From: a virus
Lineage: Duplodnaviria > Caudoviricetes
Length of the DNA stretch: 64,000 nucleotides
IMG/VR virus record: IMGVR_UViG_3300037312_000330
Span: 64,001-128,000 of that record
Strand: one strand, 5' to 3'
A program made the translations under genes and the position numbers. The notes under the pieces were generated by a model, which was given only the letters and a program-made list of their open reading frames with translations, searched no databases and was not told the DNA's origin. Below, one piece after another: positions 44,654 to 53,885 of this stretch (its first letter is position 1; each line of letters starts with the position of its first letter).

Positions 44654-46032
44654 ACAATGAAGAACGTGTAGACCAGCTTCGTAAACGGGTTATCATGCTC
44701 AATCAAGTCAGCCCCACCTTCTGTCTAGCCAAGTGGGTGACCTCGACAACGACCCTCTACAACGGAATGACGCATTCTTGCCATCATCCCGTTCAGCACA
44801 AGATTGATGCGGATGCCGTTCGCATCAATCCTTCCATGCTTCATAACACCAAACAGAAGCAGACGGCAAGAGCTGAGATGCTTCAAGGCATCCAGACCAA
44901 GGAATGCGACTACTGCTGGAATATCGAAAACTTGGGTGCCGACCACTGGTCTGACCGACACTACAAGAGTGCGAATGACAGCATGGGAGTCTGGCAGTCC
45001 TTCAATGAAGTTATCGCAGACGGAGTCGGTGCCAACATCGCACCGCGTTACTTGGAGATAGCCTTCGAGAACATCTGCAACTTCAAATGCTCCTATTGCA
45101 GCCCCGACGTATCCTCACGTTGGATGGAAGAGATTCAGTCGCACGGTCCATACAAACTGGAGCCGCACGACCACCACAATCTCAACTGGCTGCGAGAAAC
45201 AGGACGCTTCCCAATCCATCACTCGCAACCGAACCCGTACATCGACGCGTTCTGGAAATGGTGGCCTGCGCTCTACAGGGGGCTACACACCTTCCGGATC
45301 ACTGGCGGCGAACCGTTGCTGTCCAAGAATACTTGGCGTGTCCTCCATGAGATCGAATCCAACCCGCGCCCCGACCTGAACTTCGAGATCAACACCAACT
45401 TGGGTGTTCCAGAGGCAATGGTTCTCAAGTTGGCACACAAGCTACGTGATCTGAGCAACAAGATCGGCCAGATCGTTGTCTACACATCTGCCGAGTCCAT
45501 GTACGAACAGGCTGAGTACAGCCGCTTTGGTATGGACTGGAACCTGTTCAAAGACAACGTGGAGATCCTCCTGTCCGAGTCTGGTCCCAAGGTAATCCTG
45601 TCGTTCATGACAACAGTCAATGTGCTGTCCGTCAGCACTTTCGACCAATTCCTGCACTGGATCACTGATTTGCGCAATCAGTTCACTCTTGACCTGGAAC
45701 ACAACCGAGTTCGATTCAACGTGTCCTATTTACGCTGGCCTCTGCACCAGTCACTAACGATCCTGCCACAGGAAACCAAACGAGCGTTCGCTGCTAGTCT
45801 CAATCAAGCAGTCCGAGACTGCTCCGTCAAGTCGCATTGGGTGCCTATGTATCTAGAAGAGCAAGATCAAGTACAGCGCCTGATCGAGTTCATGTTCAGT
45901 CAAGCGCCAGACCCTGTCCAGCAACGCAACTTCTATACCTTCTTCACAGAATACGATCGCAGACGAGGAACCAATTTTCTGAAGACGTTCCCAGAGCTGC
46001 AATCACTTTATCAACTCGGAGCACCCTCATGA
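44650..46032 (+). CDS. Radical SAM protein with an N-terminal twitch/SPASM-like Cys cluster
   Basis: CNFKCSYC (CxxxCxxC), ITGGEPLL, INTNL; N-terminal CLAKW..SCHH..ECDYCW. Confidence 0.9.
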   Translation: MNNEERVDQLRKRVIMLNQVSPTFCLAKWVTSTTTLYNGMTHSCHHPVQHKIDADAVRINPSMLHNTKQKQTARAEMLQGIQTKECDYCWNIENLGADHWSDRHYKSANDSMGVWQSFNEVIADGVGANIAPRYLEIAFENICNFKCSYCSPDVSSRWMEEIQSHGPYKLEPHDHHNLNWLRETGRFPIHHSQPNPYIDAFWKWWPALYRGLHTFRITGGEPLLSKNTWRVLHEIESNPRPDLNFEINTNLGVPEAMVLKLAHKLRDLSNKIGQIVVYTSAESMYEQAEYSRFGMDWNLFKDNVEILLSESGPKVILSFMTTVNVLSVSTFDQFLHWITDLRNQFTLDLEHNRVRFNVSYLRWPLHQSLTILPQETKRAFAASLNQAVRDCSVKSHWVPMYLEEQDQVQRLIEFMFSQAPDPVQQRNFYTFFTEYDRRRGTNFLKTFPELQSLYQLGAPS

Positions 46033-46844
46033 ACAAGAGACGGGCCGTGGTCATCGCCGGTGACACCCGCACATGGGAACACTCGATCCATTCGGCTCAT
46101 GAACTTCTGGACGGTGCTGATGTGTATATCAGTGTGTGGTCCAATTCTTCGTACAGTCACAAGGTGAAGCCTAGACTGTTATACAGACATGCGCCGATCT
46201 ACATCGATCGTGTGTACGCACTCCTCGCTCAGTACAATGTGCGTGGCGTTCGCATTGAGAATCACGACTTGTCGCATTGGCAGCCTAAGGGCTACAACGC
46301 GAACTACTTGCATCGGCTTCGTGTCGGCATCGATCTTGTGCGCTTGTCTGGGATCGAGTACGACAGTGTGTTCTTCATGCGTCCAGACGTGTTTTACGAA
46401 CAGCATGGAATGCAGACGCTCGTTGCAGCGGTGGCTAATGTCCAACCAGGACAGTTCGTGACTATGCTGAGTGGTGACCAACGCGTCAACACACACAAAA
46501 CGCTGAACGACTGGATGTTTGCCGTTGCACCAACAGACTTCGATCTGGCAGTGCCTACTGTGGAAGAATTTCAGGCACACAAGCACGAGGACTGGCATAC
46601 TTTTCTTCGGTGGTGGGTGGTTGAGCGATCCGGACTACAAGTGGTCAACGTGGATGCTCCTCGCGTCGTGATCCTCAGACCACAAGCACGTTCCGGCATG
46701 TCGTTCGATGACGCCTTGCATAACAGTGAAGCGTGGGATGATCTGTATGTTCTACATTGCATCAACCTAGAAGGAATCCGCACTGCCTGCATCCGCTGGG
46801 GCAAACATGCCGTGATCCGCGCGGTCCAAAATCTCACGTTGTGA
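46029..46844 (+). CDS. Glycosyltransferase-like or hypothetical protein
   Basis: AVVIAGDTRTW, DVYISVW, EYDSVFFMRPDVF, LNDWMF. Confidence 0.55.
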   Translation: MNKRRAVVIAGDTRTWEHSIHSAHELLDGADVYISVWSNSSYSHKVKPRLLYRHAPIYIDRVYALLAQYNVRGVRIENHDLSHWQPKGYNANYLHRLRVGIDLVRLSGIEYDSVFFMRPDVFYEQHGMQTLVAAVANVQPGQFVTMLSGDQRVNTHKTLNDWMFAVAPTDFDLAVPTVEEFQAHKHEDWHTFLRWWVVERSGLQVVNVDAPRVVILRPQARSGMSFDDALHNSEAWDDLYVLHCINLEGIRTACIRWGKHAVIRAVQNLTL

Positions 46845-46886
46845 ACAGCGACCTCACAGAGGTCCGGATGCCTCAGGGGTGCGAGC

Positions 46887-46952
46887 TGCTTAAATTTTGT
46901 GCAGAAAGTTGCCTATTTTTTAGGCAAACAGCCACCCGTTCCATGGTACAAT
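46887..46952 (+). promoter_or_regulatory. Early-type promoter with tandem operator-like sites (copy 3)
   Basis: TGCTTAAATTTTGTGCA and perfect TGCCTA-TTTTT-TAGGCA, then CCATGGTACAAT. Confidence 0.7.
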
Positions 46953-46999
46953 GGTATGCGGGCACTCCCGCCCGCCACAACCAACGTAAAGGAACACGT

Positions 47000-47398
47000 A
47001 TGGCACACAGCCAAAAGGCCCAACGTGATCAAGAGACCGCGAGGCACCAAGCGGAGTACGACGCCAAGAAGCCCGTGACCATGGACGAGATCCGCGCACT
47101 GCGGCCCGGACAGTCGGTAACCGTCAAATGGTTCTACGAACCCGACGAGGTCTTCCTGGTGTTGGACGTCCGACGTCCGTCCAACAAGAGCAATCCGCCG
47201 AATGCGATCCTCTTGTGGGCTCCGGAAGGGCCGAACTCGCTGACGGACAAACTCTGGATTGCGGTGAACCCCAGATGCAAACCTGCCGGTAGCGCGATGG
47301 AAACCGCTGGACGCATGTGGGGAGGAGCGCCCTTCGCGATCGACAACGGGTTCGATGCCATCATCCGCATCGGCTCCGTCGAAATGCAGTTCAAGTAA
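47000..47398 (+). CDS. Hypothetical protein
   Basis: AAGGA SD; first gene after the promoter. Confidence 0.75.
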   Translation: MAHSQKAQRDQETARHQAEYDAKKPVTMDEIRALRPGQSVTVKWFYEPDEVFLVLDVRRPSNKSNPPNAILLWAPEGPNSLTDKLWIAVNPRCKPAGSAMETAGRMWGGAPFAIDNGFDAIIRIGSVEMQFK

Positions 47399-47405
47399 TC
47401 CACAT

Positions 47406-47428
47406 GGAGGGCTTCGGCCCTCCTCTTT
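47406..47428 (+). terminator. Intrinsic terminator (UUCG loop)
   Basis: GGAGGGC-TTCG-GCCCTCC-TCTTT. Confidence 0.7.
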
Positions 47429-47458
47429 ACTCACGTCACTTCAACCAAAGGAAAACTT

Positions 47459-48580
47459 ATGGCTTCCAAGAAGACCCCGACCGCGTCCAAGAAGACCACG
47501 GTCAAGAAAACTGCCCCGGTTCGTGGTACGAAACCCACACTCGTGGCCGACAACGAGAAACCGCCGCGCACCATCACGACGCAGGATGAACTGCTGAAGT
47601 GGCTCAAGAAGGGATACATGGTGCTCGTCGAGGACGAGACGATGAAGAAGATGAACGTCCTGTATCTCGTGTATCGAGACAGCCTGCATGAGTCGAGCGT
47701 CGTCACGTACGAGGCCTACTTCAAGATCATCCTCGGCGAGGGCCTGAACGCCGTCGTACCCAAGGTGCCGTTGACGCAACGTCGGCTGCTGACAGCAGGC
47801 TTCGGTGAAGGGATGTACCTCGTGCACAGCGATCCCAAGGCTTCCGAACAATGGGGCAACAGAGATGCCGACTGGGCGTACTATCGGGAACTGGAAACCG
47901 CCCACACCAAGGAACACAAGAAGTCTATCACCATGGACGAAGCTGCCAAGATCACCACGCTGACCTGGATCGAGGTCAAGCAACGGGACGCCGTCAACAG
48001 GATGATGCTCACCCTCTCCGGACCCAAGTACCTGACCAAGAACAAAACGGGCATGTTCTTCGAAGTTTTCGACACTACGGACGGGGAGGAATTCCCCATT
48101 ACCACGGTTGATGCCAAGGACATCGTCCGCGTGCTGACCACTTCGGTACTGATTCCCACGATCTTGTGGAAGCCGCACGTGGACGCGGCAAATCTTCCGT
48201 CTCCGCCGCCGAAGGTGCCAACAGTGAGTACCCCATCCAACCCCGAGAAGGGAGGGGAAGTGGCACGTAGGCCGCAACTGCGTGATCTCCACAACGCAGT
48301 GCGCGAGGCGCTGGCTCCGTTCAAGTTCGAAGTCGACGGAACGCCGCGCCAACCGAAGAGGATCGGGAACCAGATCCACTACTACCTGAACTTCGACCCC
48401 AAGAAGGCTCGCAGGTCAGAAGGTCAGAAGCTGCAGAGTCCGCTCATCAAGGCGACGAAGCAATGGGTTTCCGACATCTGGATCGCCTACGACTCGACCA
48501 ACTGGCCGTTCAAGGTGGTGGCAACCGTGCGCCCGGAAATGTTGGGTGACACATCCAAGCAGAATACGAAGGTGGCCTGA
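47459..48580 (+). CDS. Hypothetical protein
   Basis: 373 aa, AAGGA SD. Confidence 0.85.
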   Translation: MASKKTPTASKKTTVKKTAPVRGTKPTLVADNEKPPRTITTQDELLKWLKKGYMVLVEDETMKKMNVLYLVYRDSLHESSVVTYEAYFKIILGEGLNAVVPKVPLTQRRLLTAGFGEGMYLVHSDPKASEQWGNRDADWAYYRELETAHTKEHKKSITMDEAAKITTLTWIEVKQRDAVNRMMLTLSGPKYLTKNKTGMFFEVFDTTDGEEFPITTVDAKDIVRVLTTSVLIPTILWKPHVDAANLPSPPPKVPTVSTPSNPEKGGEVARRPQLRDLHNAVREALAPFKFEVDGTPRQPKRIGNQIHYYLNFDPKKARRSEGQKLQSPLIKATKQWVSDIWIAYDSTNWPFKVVATVRPEMLGDTSKQNTKVA

Positions 48581-48867
48581 TGGCACAGACCACTTTGGTG
48601 CATCCGGAAATGTTGCGCGCCGCACTCAAGCGCAACGGCGTGACGCTGGAACGGGTCGCTTCGGCGACTTCTACCACAAGTGCTGCTTCGTGCTGAGCGC
48701 ACGGCCGCCGATCGGTGGCTTCTACTGGAAGCCGCCGGAATCCTTTAGTGGATCATCAACCAGACTGGATCGCGGCCGCTGAAACTCGCCCACTTGGGCG
48801 ATCCAGCATGGGCGAGTGTGGCAGCCCCTAGCCCATGCTGTCAACTTAGACTGCCAGGAGTACGATA

Positions 48868-49194
48868 GTGAACAACGCAGATTTCAACAAACTGAAGGAA
48901 GCCGTCAAGAAGGTGCTCAGTCTGATGATCCAAGAGCACTTGAACCAACTCCAGGTGTCCCATCGGGACCTCCACAAGTTGGCGGACCTGACGAACACCC
49001 GGAGCCGATCGCTCATCAACCATGTGGATGATGTCCTGACCTTGCAAGACATCGTCCGGGGTGGGTACGGTCTGTATCTGGTGTCCGACCTCGGCGTCAT
49101 CGACGGCGAAGCGCAGATGGCTTTCATCAAGCAGAACTCGGGAATCCGTCATCTGGTACTCCGAGATGACGGCACTCTTGGATACAAGGCGTAA
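48868..49194 (+). CDS. Hypothetical protein
   Basis: AGGAG SD, GTG start. Confidence 0.7.
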   Translation: MNNADFNKLKEAVKKVLSLMIQEHLNQLQVSHRDLHKLADLTNTRSRSLINHVDDVLTLQDIVRGGYGLYLVSDLGVIDGEAQMAFIKQNSGIRHLVLRDDGTLGYKA

Positions 49195-49199
49195 CCACA

Positions 49200-49415
49200 A
49201 TGGAGGGCCTTCGGGCCCTCCTAACTGGAAAGATCATGGACCTTGACAAATCGCAACAGAAAGAACTCAAAGCTGGTCGTGCGCAGATCCTGAAGTGCGC
49301 TCACTGCGGGAAAGAAGTTTACTACGGCAGCATGAACCTGCTGTCGCTAGCGATCATGAAACAGAAGCCGGCCTGTTCATATGAATGCAACAAGGCCCTA
49401 GGTCAAGTCGAATAG
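49200..49415 (+). CDS. Small Cys-containing protein (true start probably 49236)
   Basis: CAHCGK...CSYEC. Confidence 0.55.
   Translation: MEGLRALLTGKIMDLDKSQQKELKAGRAQILKCAHCGKEVYYGSMNLLSLAIMKQKPACSYECNKALGQVE
49202..49221 (+). terminator. UUCG hairpin (terminator or processing site)
   Basis: GGAGGGCC-TTCG-GGCCCTCC; no U tract. Confidence 0.45.
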
Positions 49416-49428
49416 AAAGGAACACACA

Positions 49429-49671
49429 ATGGAACTGAACGGGAAAACCAATTCGGACTTGAGCACATTCCTGGATCTCAAGAGCAATAATGTGTGCATC
49501 AGCGTTTCGGTCCAGACGGATGCCCGAGTATCTCTGGACGATCTCAAGAAACTCGGCGCAGCAAGTGTCCAGTCCGAAAATCTGATCGAAGCCATTGTGG
49601 AAGAACTCGGAAGACACCTATACCCCGCTTTGCGCAAGCATCTCACGGACATTCTGAAGGATGTCCAATGA
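49429..49671 (+). CDS. Hypothetical protein
   Basis: AAGGA SD. Confidence 0.65.
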   Translation: MELNGKTNSDLSTFLDLKSNNVCISVSVQTDARVSLDDLKKLGAASVQSENLIEAIVEELGRHLYPALRKHLTDILKDVQ

Positions 49672-49952
49672 AATTCTTCGATGAAGCGAGCGGCGCAACT
49701 TTGCGCATGGACCGCTACTACGGATTCGGCGACGCTGGTGGACTCGCCGGTTCGTTCGAAGGATACGAATCAGTCGAAGCTGCCAAGCAGGCTATTGCAC
49801 CTGAACACGGGTACTTAGAAGAAGAGATCGCCTCCGAGCCAGAGCTCCTTGGTGCGGTCGCCATATGTGTGCTGTCCGGCCAACAGTACGTGGACCAACT
49901 GCAGAAAGCCGAACCCGGCAATCTGCGCATCTTTGGCTACTTTGTAGATTGA
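49668..49952 (+). CDS. Hypothetical protein
   Basis: ATGA overlap. Confidence 0.65.
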   Translation: MKFFDEASGATLRMDRYYGFGDAGGLAGSFEGYESVEAAKQAIAPEHGYLEEEIASEPELLGAVAICVLSGQQYVDQLQKAEPGNLRIFGYFVD

Positions 49953-49984
49953 ACCCAACGATGTTCGGAAAGGTTAAGAACAAC

Positions 49985-50446
49985 ATGAGTCAGCAGCTTT
50001 CCTCTTTCGTGGCTCTCGTCTCATCCGAGAACATGATCCTGACCATCCAGCGTAGTCGCTTGGTCAAACACCCCGAACTGTGGGGGTTGCCTGGAGGTCG
50101 TGTCGAGCCCGGCGAAACCGTCCTGGAAGGTGGTGCCAGAGAATTTCAAGAAGAAACGGGCATCCCTCTCGACATCAACAAACACGGACACCTTACGATC
50201 CGATCTGGTTACAGATGGCACGTGACGTTCGTTCCGTGGACACCATCTGGTGCGGACGCGTCACGTCTCAACGAACTCCTGAATGGGAAGATGGCCAGCG
50301 ACGAAGTGATGGCCGTCAAGTGGAGGACTTTATCGGAGATCTACAGAATGACTGGATTGCACAAGAGCTTGGATGTCGTTGCAATGACCTTGCCGACCAT
50401 TCGCCCGAGCCTCTTCAATCTGCTCGTGACGCAAAACGAACTGTAA
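49985..50446 (+). CDS. NUDIX hydrolase
   Basis: WGLPGGRVEPGETVLEGGAREFQEETG Nudix box. Confidence 0.9.
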   Translation: MSQQLSSFVALVSSENMILTIQRSRLVKHPELWGLPGGRVEPGETVLEGGAREFQEETGIPLDINKHGHLTIRSGYRWHVTFVPWTPSGADASRLNELLNGKMASDEVMAVKWRTLSEIYRMTGLHKSLDVVAMTLPTIRPSLFNLLVTQNEL

Positions 50447-50449
50447 ATA
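50442..50449 (+). promoter_or_regulatory. TGTAAATA motif
   Basis: 36 nt upstream of 50485. Confidence 0.6.
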
Positions 50450-50484
50450 GTTCGTGCCAAGAACAACTTTAACCTCTTCATCTT

Positions 50485-50817
50485 ATGCCTCCGCATTTTG
50501 AATCCGAACAACTCCACCAAGAATGGATGCAAAACATCCGCAGCGAACTGATCGATGTCCATCGGAAGATCATCGCCACAAACGAGCGTTTTGCCAGAGG
50601 TGTCATCGTGATCATGGCACTGTGCGTCGTTAGCTACGTTTTTGCTGCATACTTTGGTATCAGCATCACCAGACCGATGGGTGGTCTCGTGATAAGCTCT
50701 CTATGCTTCCTCCACATCAAGTGGGACACTCGCTCGCAATACAGCGCAATCGAACATCTCGAAGACGTTGATCCGCGAACTGACGTTGCCCCTCTTCTCA
50801 CAAAGGAGATTCCTTGA
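50485..50817 (+). CDS. Membrane protein with two TM segments
   Basis: Hydrophobic pair of segments. Confidence 0.65.
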   Translation: MPPHFESEQLHQEWMQNIRSELIDVHRKIIATNERFARGVIVIMALCVVSYVFAAYFGISITRPMGGLVISSLCFLHIKWDTRSQYSAIEHLEDVDPRTDVAPLLTKEIP

Positions 50818-51278
50818 ACAAGCATGCCAACAAGATCCGTCAAAGCGAGCCGTTGTGGATGCTCGGCGTTCGGGCTCCGTTCTTCAAAATGCCACAGTCC
50901 GCAGAACGGTACAACGTGCAGAACATTGTGCGCGGCGTGTGGGGTGACGAATCTGTCGCCATCGACAATCACTTGAAGTACGAATTCTACCACGACCGCT
51001 TCATGGTATGGCATCCCAACAAGTTCGAGCTTCTACTTCAGAAAGACCACTTGGGTGGCGATCTGGGTTGGGGGTCGAGCTTCGGACCTGCGATGCGCGA
51101 CAATTCCAGACGCGAGCGCATCATGCAGCTATTGTTCGACGAGTTGGTGGACTACTGTGCTATCACGGAGTTCACTAACGTGAGCAATGGATTCCCATGC
51201 TGGCACATAATGGGTTGGCTCAGGAATTTTGATCGCAAGACAGAGATGGCAAAGATCGAAAGGAACGTCCACGTATGA
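50814..51278 (+). CDS. Hypothetical protein
   Basis: AAGGAG SD, TTG start. Confidence 0.7.
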   Translation: MNKHANKIRQSEPLWMLGVRAPFFKMPQSAERYNVQNIVRGVWGDESVAIDNHLKYEFYHDRFMVWHPNKFELLLQKDHLGGDLGWGSSFGPAMRDNSRRERIMQLLFDELVDYCAITEFTNVSNGFPCWHIMGWLRNFDRKTEMAKIERNVHV

Positions 51279-51697
51279 GCAAACACATCAATCTCGATCG
51301 AAAGTATCTCGCCTTCGTGCTGGATGGTGAGTCGCAACAGCGACTGTTGTCCAGGTGCCCAACCTTTCACCCGCGCATCATCGCTCACCACGTAACGCTG
51401 GAGTACGATAACATCTCTAAAATCGGTCTGGAGATGGTCGGCACCACGCCAAAAGTGTGGGTAATCGGAAGCGCACATAACAGAAAGGCACAGGCTGTTA
51501 TCGTATCTGTGAATGGTGCGATCGATCGCGCAGACCACAAGTACTTCCATGTTACTGTGTCGTTGGCAGAAAGTGCTAAAGAGGTCGACAGCAACGATGC
51601 CATCTTCGAGATGCGGAAGTTAGGTATTCCGATGCTATGGCAGAATGAACGCCTGCCACTGACGGGCACAGTCCAACTGCTGGACAAATCGTCATGA
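51275..51697 (+). CDS. 2H phosphoesterase-like protein
   Basis: Two HxT motifs, HHVTL and FHVTVS. Confidence 0.7.
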   Translation: MSKHINLDRKYLAFVLDGESQQRLLSRCPTFHPRIIAHHVTLEYDNISKIGLEMVGTTPKVWVIGSAHNRKAQAVIVSVNGAIDRADHKYFHVTVSLAESAKEVDSNDAIFEMRKLGIPMLWQNERLPLTGTVQLLDKSS

Positions 51698-51709
51698 ACA
51701 GAGATCAAG

Positions 51710-52171
51710 ATGAAACGCAAGAAGGCAACCAACGTCGCGAACGTAGTGCCGTCCGTTCGGAAACCAAAGAAACTGAAGAACAAGACGGCAGCGCAGCGGA
51801 AACTCGACTCTGAGTGGGAGTCGATGTTAGCCAAGCACGCTGGTCCACTGGAGGCTGGACGCAAGGCCAAGGGCGCATTGCCAGAAGTCAAGGTGCCCAA
51901 CCACAAGAAGCGCAGCAAGCGAGTGGAGAACGTGAGCGTCGTTCCACCACTTACGATCCCTCCGGGTCGTGAGACGCCCAAGCTACCGTCGAAGGTAACT
52001 CCAGGCCACAGCACTGCCAAGAAGAATGAACAGACATACACCGGGACTGCGATGAAGGGCATCGGCCAGATGCACAAGAGTTCCGCAGTCCCGATCTTCA
52101 GCGACGAACATGCGGTTGAGATCGCGAACATGCGTCGGAACGAGTACACACGCGACCCCAAGAAAGGCTGA
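51710..52171 (+). CDS. Basic phage protein (YTGT.MKGIGQMHKSSAVP motif)
   Basis: C-terminal motif recalled from conserved myovirus hypotheticals. Confidence 0.7.
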   Translation: MKRKKATNVANVVPSVRKPKKLKNKTAAQRKLDSEWESMLAKHAGPLEAGRKAKGALPEVKVPNHKKRSKRVENVSVVPPLTIPPGRETPKLPSKVTPGHSTAKKNEQTYTGTAMKGIGQMHKSSAVPIFSDEHAVEIANMRRNEYTRDPKKG

Positions 52172-52173
52172 TC

Positions 52174-52617
52174 ATGAGTTTTCGCGGATCTAACGACAAG
52201 AACCAGTTCATGGAAGACGATGAACTTTCCATGAAGGTGACGAACTTCACTATCATGCTACTGCGGTACGCTGATGGTTCGCCGCTCAAGTTCGACATGG
52301 GCTCGCACGCGGAGCAGTTCTTTGCGATGCATCTGAAGGCAGACGCTCAGGAAATCGTCAACAAGCACATCAGCAAACCGGCCGATCTCAGCGAAGACAG
52401 GGACGATGCTATCGCGCGCATTCGTCGGGAGTTAGAAGCTGACGCCCTCAAGGGCCGCAATGCTCGTCGCAATCTCGCCAAATTGGCGGAGGCAGTGAGT
52501 GACGCTCTGACTGATGAAGAGATCGTCAAAGAGTTCGGCGAGTGGCTCCTTGCCAACTACGACATCGACGATTGGTATCTGATTCCGATCGCCACCCTCG
52601 ACGTCAAAGAGATCTAA
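52174..52617 (+). CDS. Hypothetical protein
   Basis: Packed ORF. Confidence 0.7.
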   Translation: MSFRGSNDKNQFMEDDELSMKVTNFTIMLLRYADGSPLKFDMGSHAEQFFAMHLKADAQEIVNKHISKPADLSEDRDDAIARIRRELEADALKGRNARRNLAKLAEAVSDALTDEEIVKEFGEWLLANYDIDDWYLIPIATLDVKEI

Positions 52618-52618
52618 A

Positions 52619-52855
52619 ATGCGCAAGTCCCAAGAAGAAGTCCTCAGAGAGCGCAACTTTGCTCTCGGAGAGATGCGCTCCTTGCTACAGCAGTGCGAAC
52701 AGAAGATGGCGTTCATCATCGGTGCTACTCCTTCGGATTCGGACCGCAACGCGCTGTCCACCATAAATATCGATCTGATGCGATTGGAGGAGAAGTACCT
52801 ACGAATCGTGTCCTACATACTCAACGCTCGTCAGGGAGCCGGCACGCCCGATTGA
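52619..52855 (+). CDS. Hypothetical protein
   Basis: Packed ORF. Confidence 0.65.
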   Translation: MRKSQEEVLRERNFALGEMRSLLQQCEQKMAFIIGATPSDSDRNALSTINIDLMRLEEKYLRIVSYILNARQGAGTPD

Positions 52856-52898
52856 GCTTCAACAAGTGCCACATCCACGAAGGAAAGAGGAAGTTAGA

Positions 52899-53159
52899 AT
52901 GCATGCTCTCGATATCAGCACGTCCAAAACCAACGAAAAGAAGCGCACCCTTCCGGGCGTGTCTCGCGGCTTCGCCACAATGGATCCGTTGAAACAACGC
53001 GAAATCGCCAGTCTCGGTGGCAAGACAGCCCACCAAAAAGGCACCGCACACACCTGGAACAGCGACACGGCCCGTGAAGCTGGGCGGAAAGCGGCTGCGG
53101 CTCGAGCCCGCAATCGCGCTGCAAAGCGCGCGATCCAGCAGCAACAGACGCAAGCCTGA
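52899..53159 (+). CDS. KGG-repeat general stress protein (YciG/GsiB-like)
   Basis: RGFATMDPLKQREIASLGGKTAH..HTWNSDTAREAGRK. Confidence 0.85.
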   Translation: MHALDISTSKTNEKKRTLPGVSRGFATMDPLKQREIASLGGKTAHQKGTAHTWNSDTAREAGRKAAAARARNRAAKRAIQQQQTQA

Positions 53160-53168
53160 CTCTGGGAA

Positions 53169-53190
53169 GCAGGAGGGGAGTCCCTCCTGC
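53169..53190 (+). terminator. GC-rich hairpin after the KGG gene
   Basis: GCAGGAGGG-gagt-CCCTCCTGC. Confidence 0.5.
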
Positions 53191-53210
53191 TGGAGGAGAC
53201 AAACAGAAGT

Positions 53211-53218
53211 TGTAAATA
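53211..53218 (+). promoter_or_regulatory. TGTAAATA motif
   Basis: Intergenic, 70 nt upstream of 53288. Confidence 0.6.
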
Positions 53219-53287
53219 GTAGGGTAGGCCAGTTTACTGGCAGTCTAATCTTCGCTTTATACACTAACTTTAACCACGGAGACGACT

Positions 53288-53875
53288 ATGACGGTCAATG
53301 CTTCTCGCCACATTCTTGGTTCCATCACATCGAAGGCGGGTCGTACGTTCACGTATCACGGCAGCGGGTACACATATTATCTTCACAAAACCACGAAAGA
53401 CATCTGGGCCAAACTGCAGATCGCTCGCAAGACGATGCAGCAGTTCCTCAAGAGTGTCGGCCTGTCCTTCGAATCTGCGCGCAAGCTGAGCGCTCTCGAT
53501 GGTGTCGAAGTGTGCGAGCAAGGCAGTGGTGGATGGTACGAAGTGTTCGTCATAGACGAACGCAAGTTGTTCGCCGTCATCAACTTCATCAAGAAATTGA
53601 ATCGCTTCATGAATGGAGCTTCCACGCAACATCAACTCGTACGCAAGGGTCACTATTTCATCGAGACCCGGAAGTACGAACACACGCCGTCTCGGAATGC
53701 GCGGGAACTTCCTGGCGGGCCGATCGTTGCGCCAATCGTCGCCTTTCCGCAGCAGCAGAAGACCGTCACGCACAAACCCAACATGCCATTCCAGAGTCTG
53801 CAATCGCAACGTAAAGCCAGTGACCTGCGGCTCCAACAGTTGGCACTGACAGTCAACACCAGATACGGACACTGA
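53288..53875 (+). CDS. Hypothetical basic protein
   Basis: GGAG SD. Confidence 0.7.
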   Translation: MTVNASRHILGSITSKAGRTFTYHGSGYTYYLHKTTKDIWAKLQIARKTMQQFLKSVGLSFESARKLSALDGVEVCEQGSGGWYEVFVIDERKLFAVINFIKKLNRFMNGASTQHQLVRKGHYFIETRKYEHTPSRNARELPGGPIVAPIVAFPQQQKTVTHKPNMPFQSLQSQRKASDLRLQQLALTVNTRYGH

Positions 53876-53885
53876 AAGGAATGCA

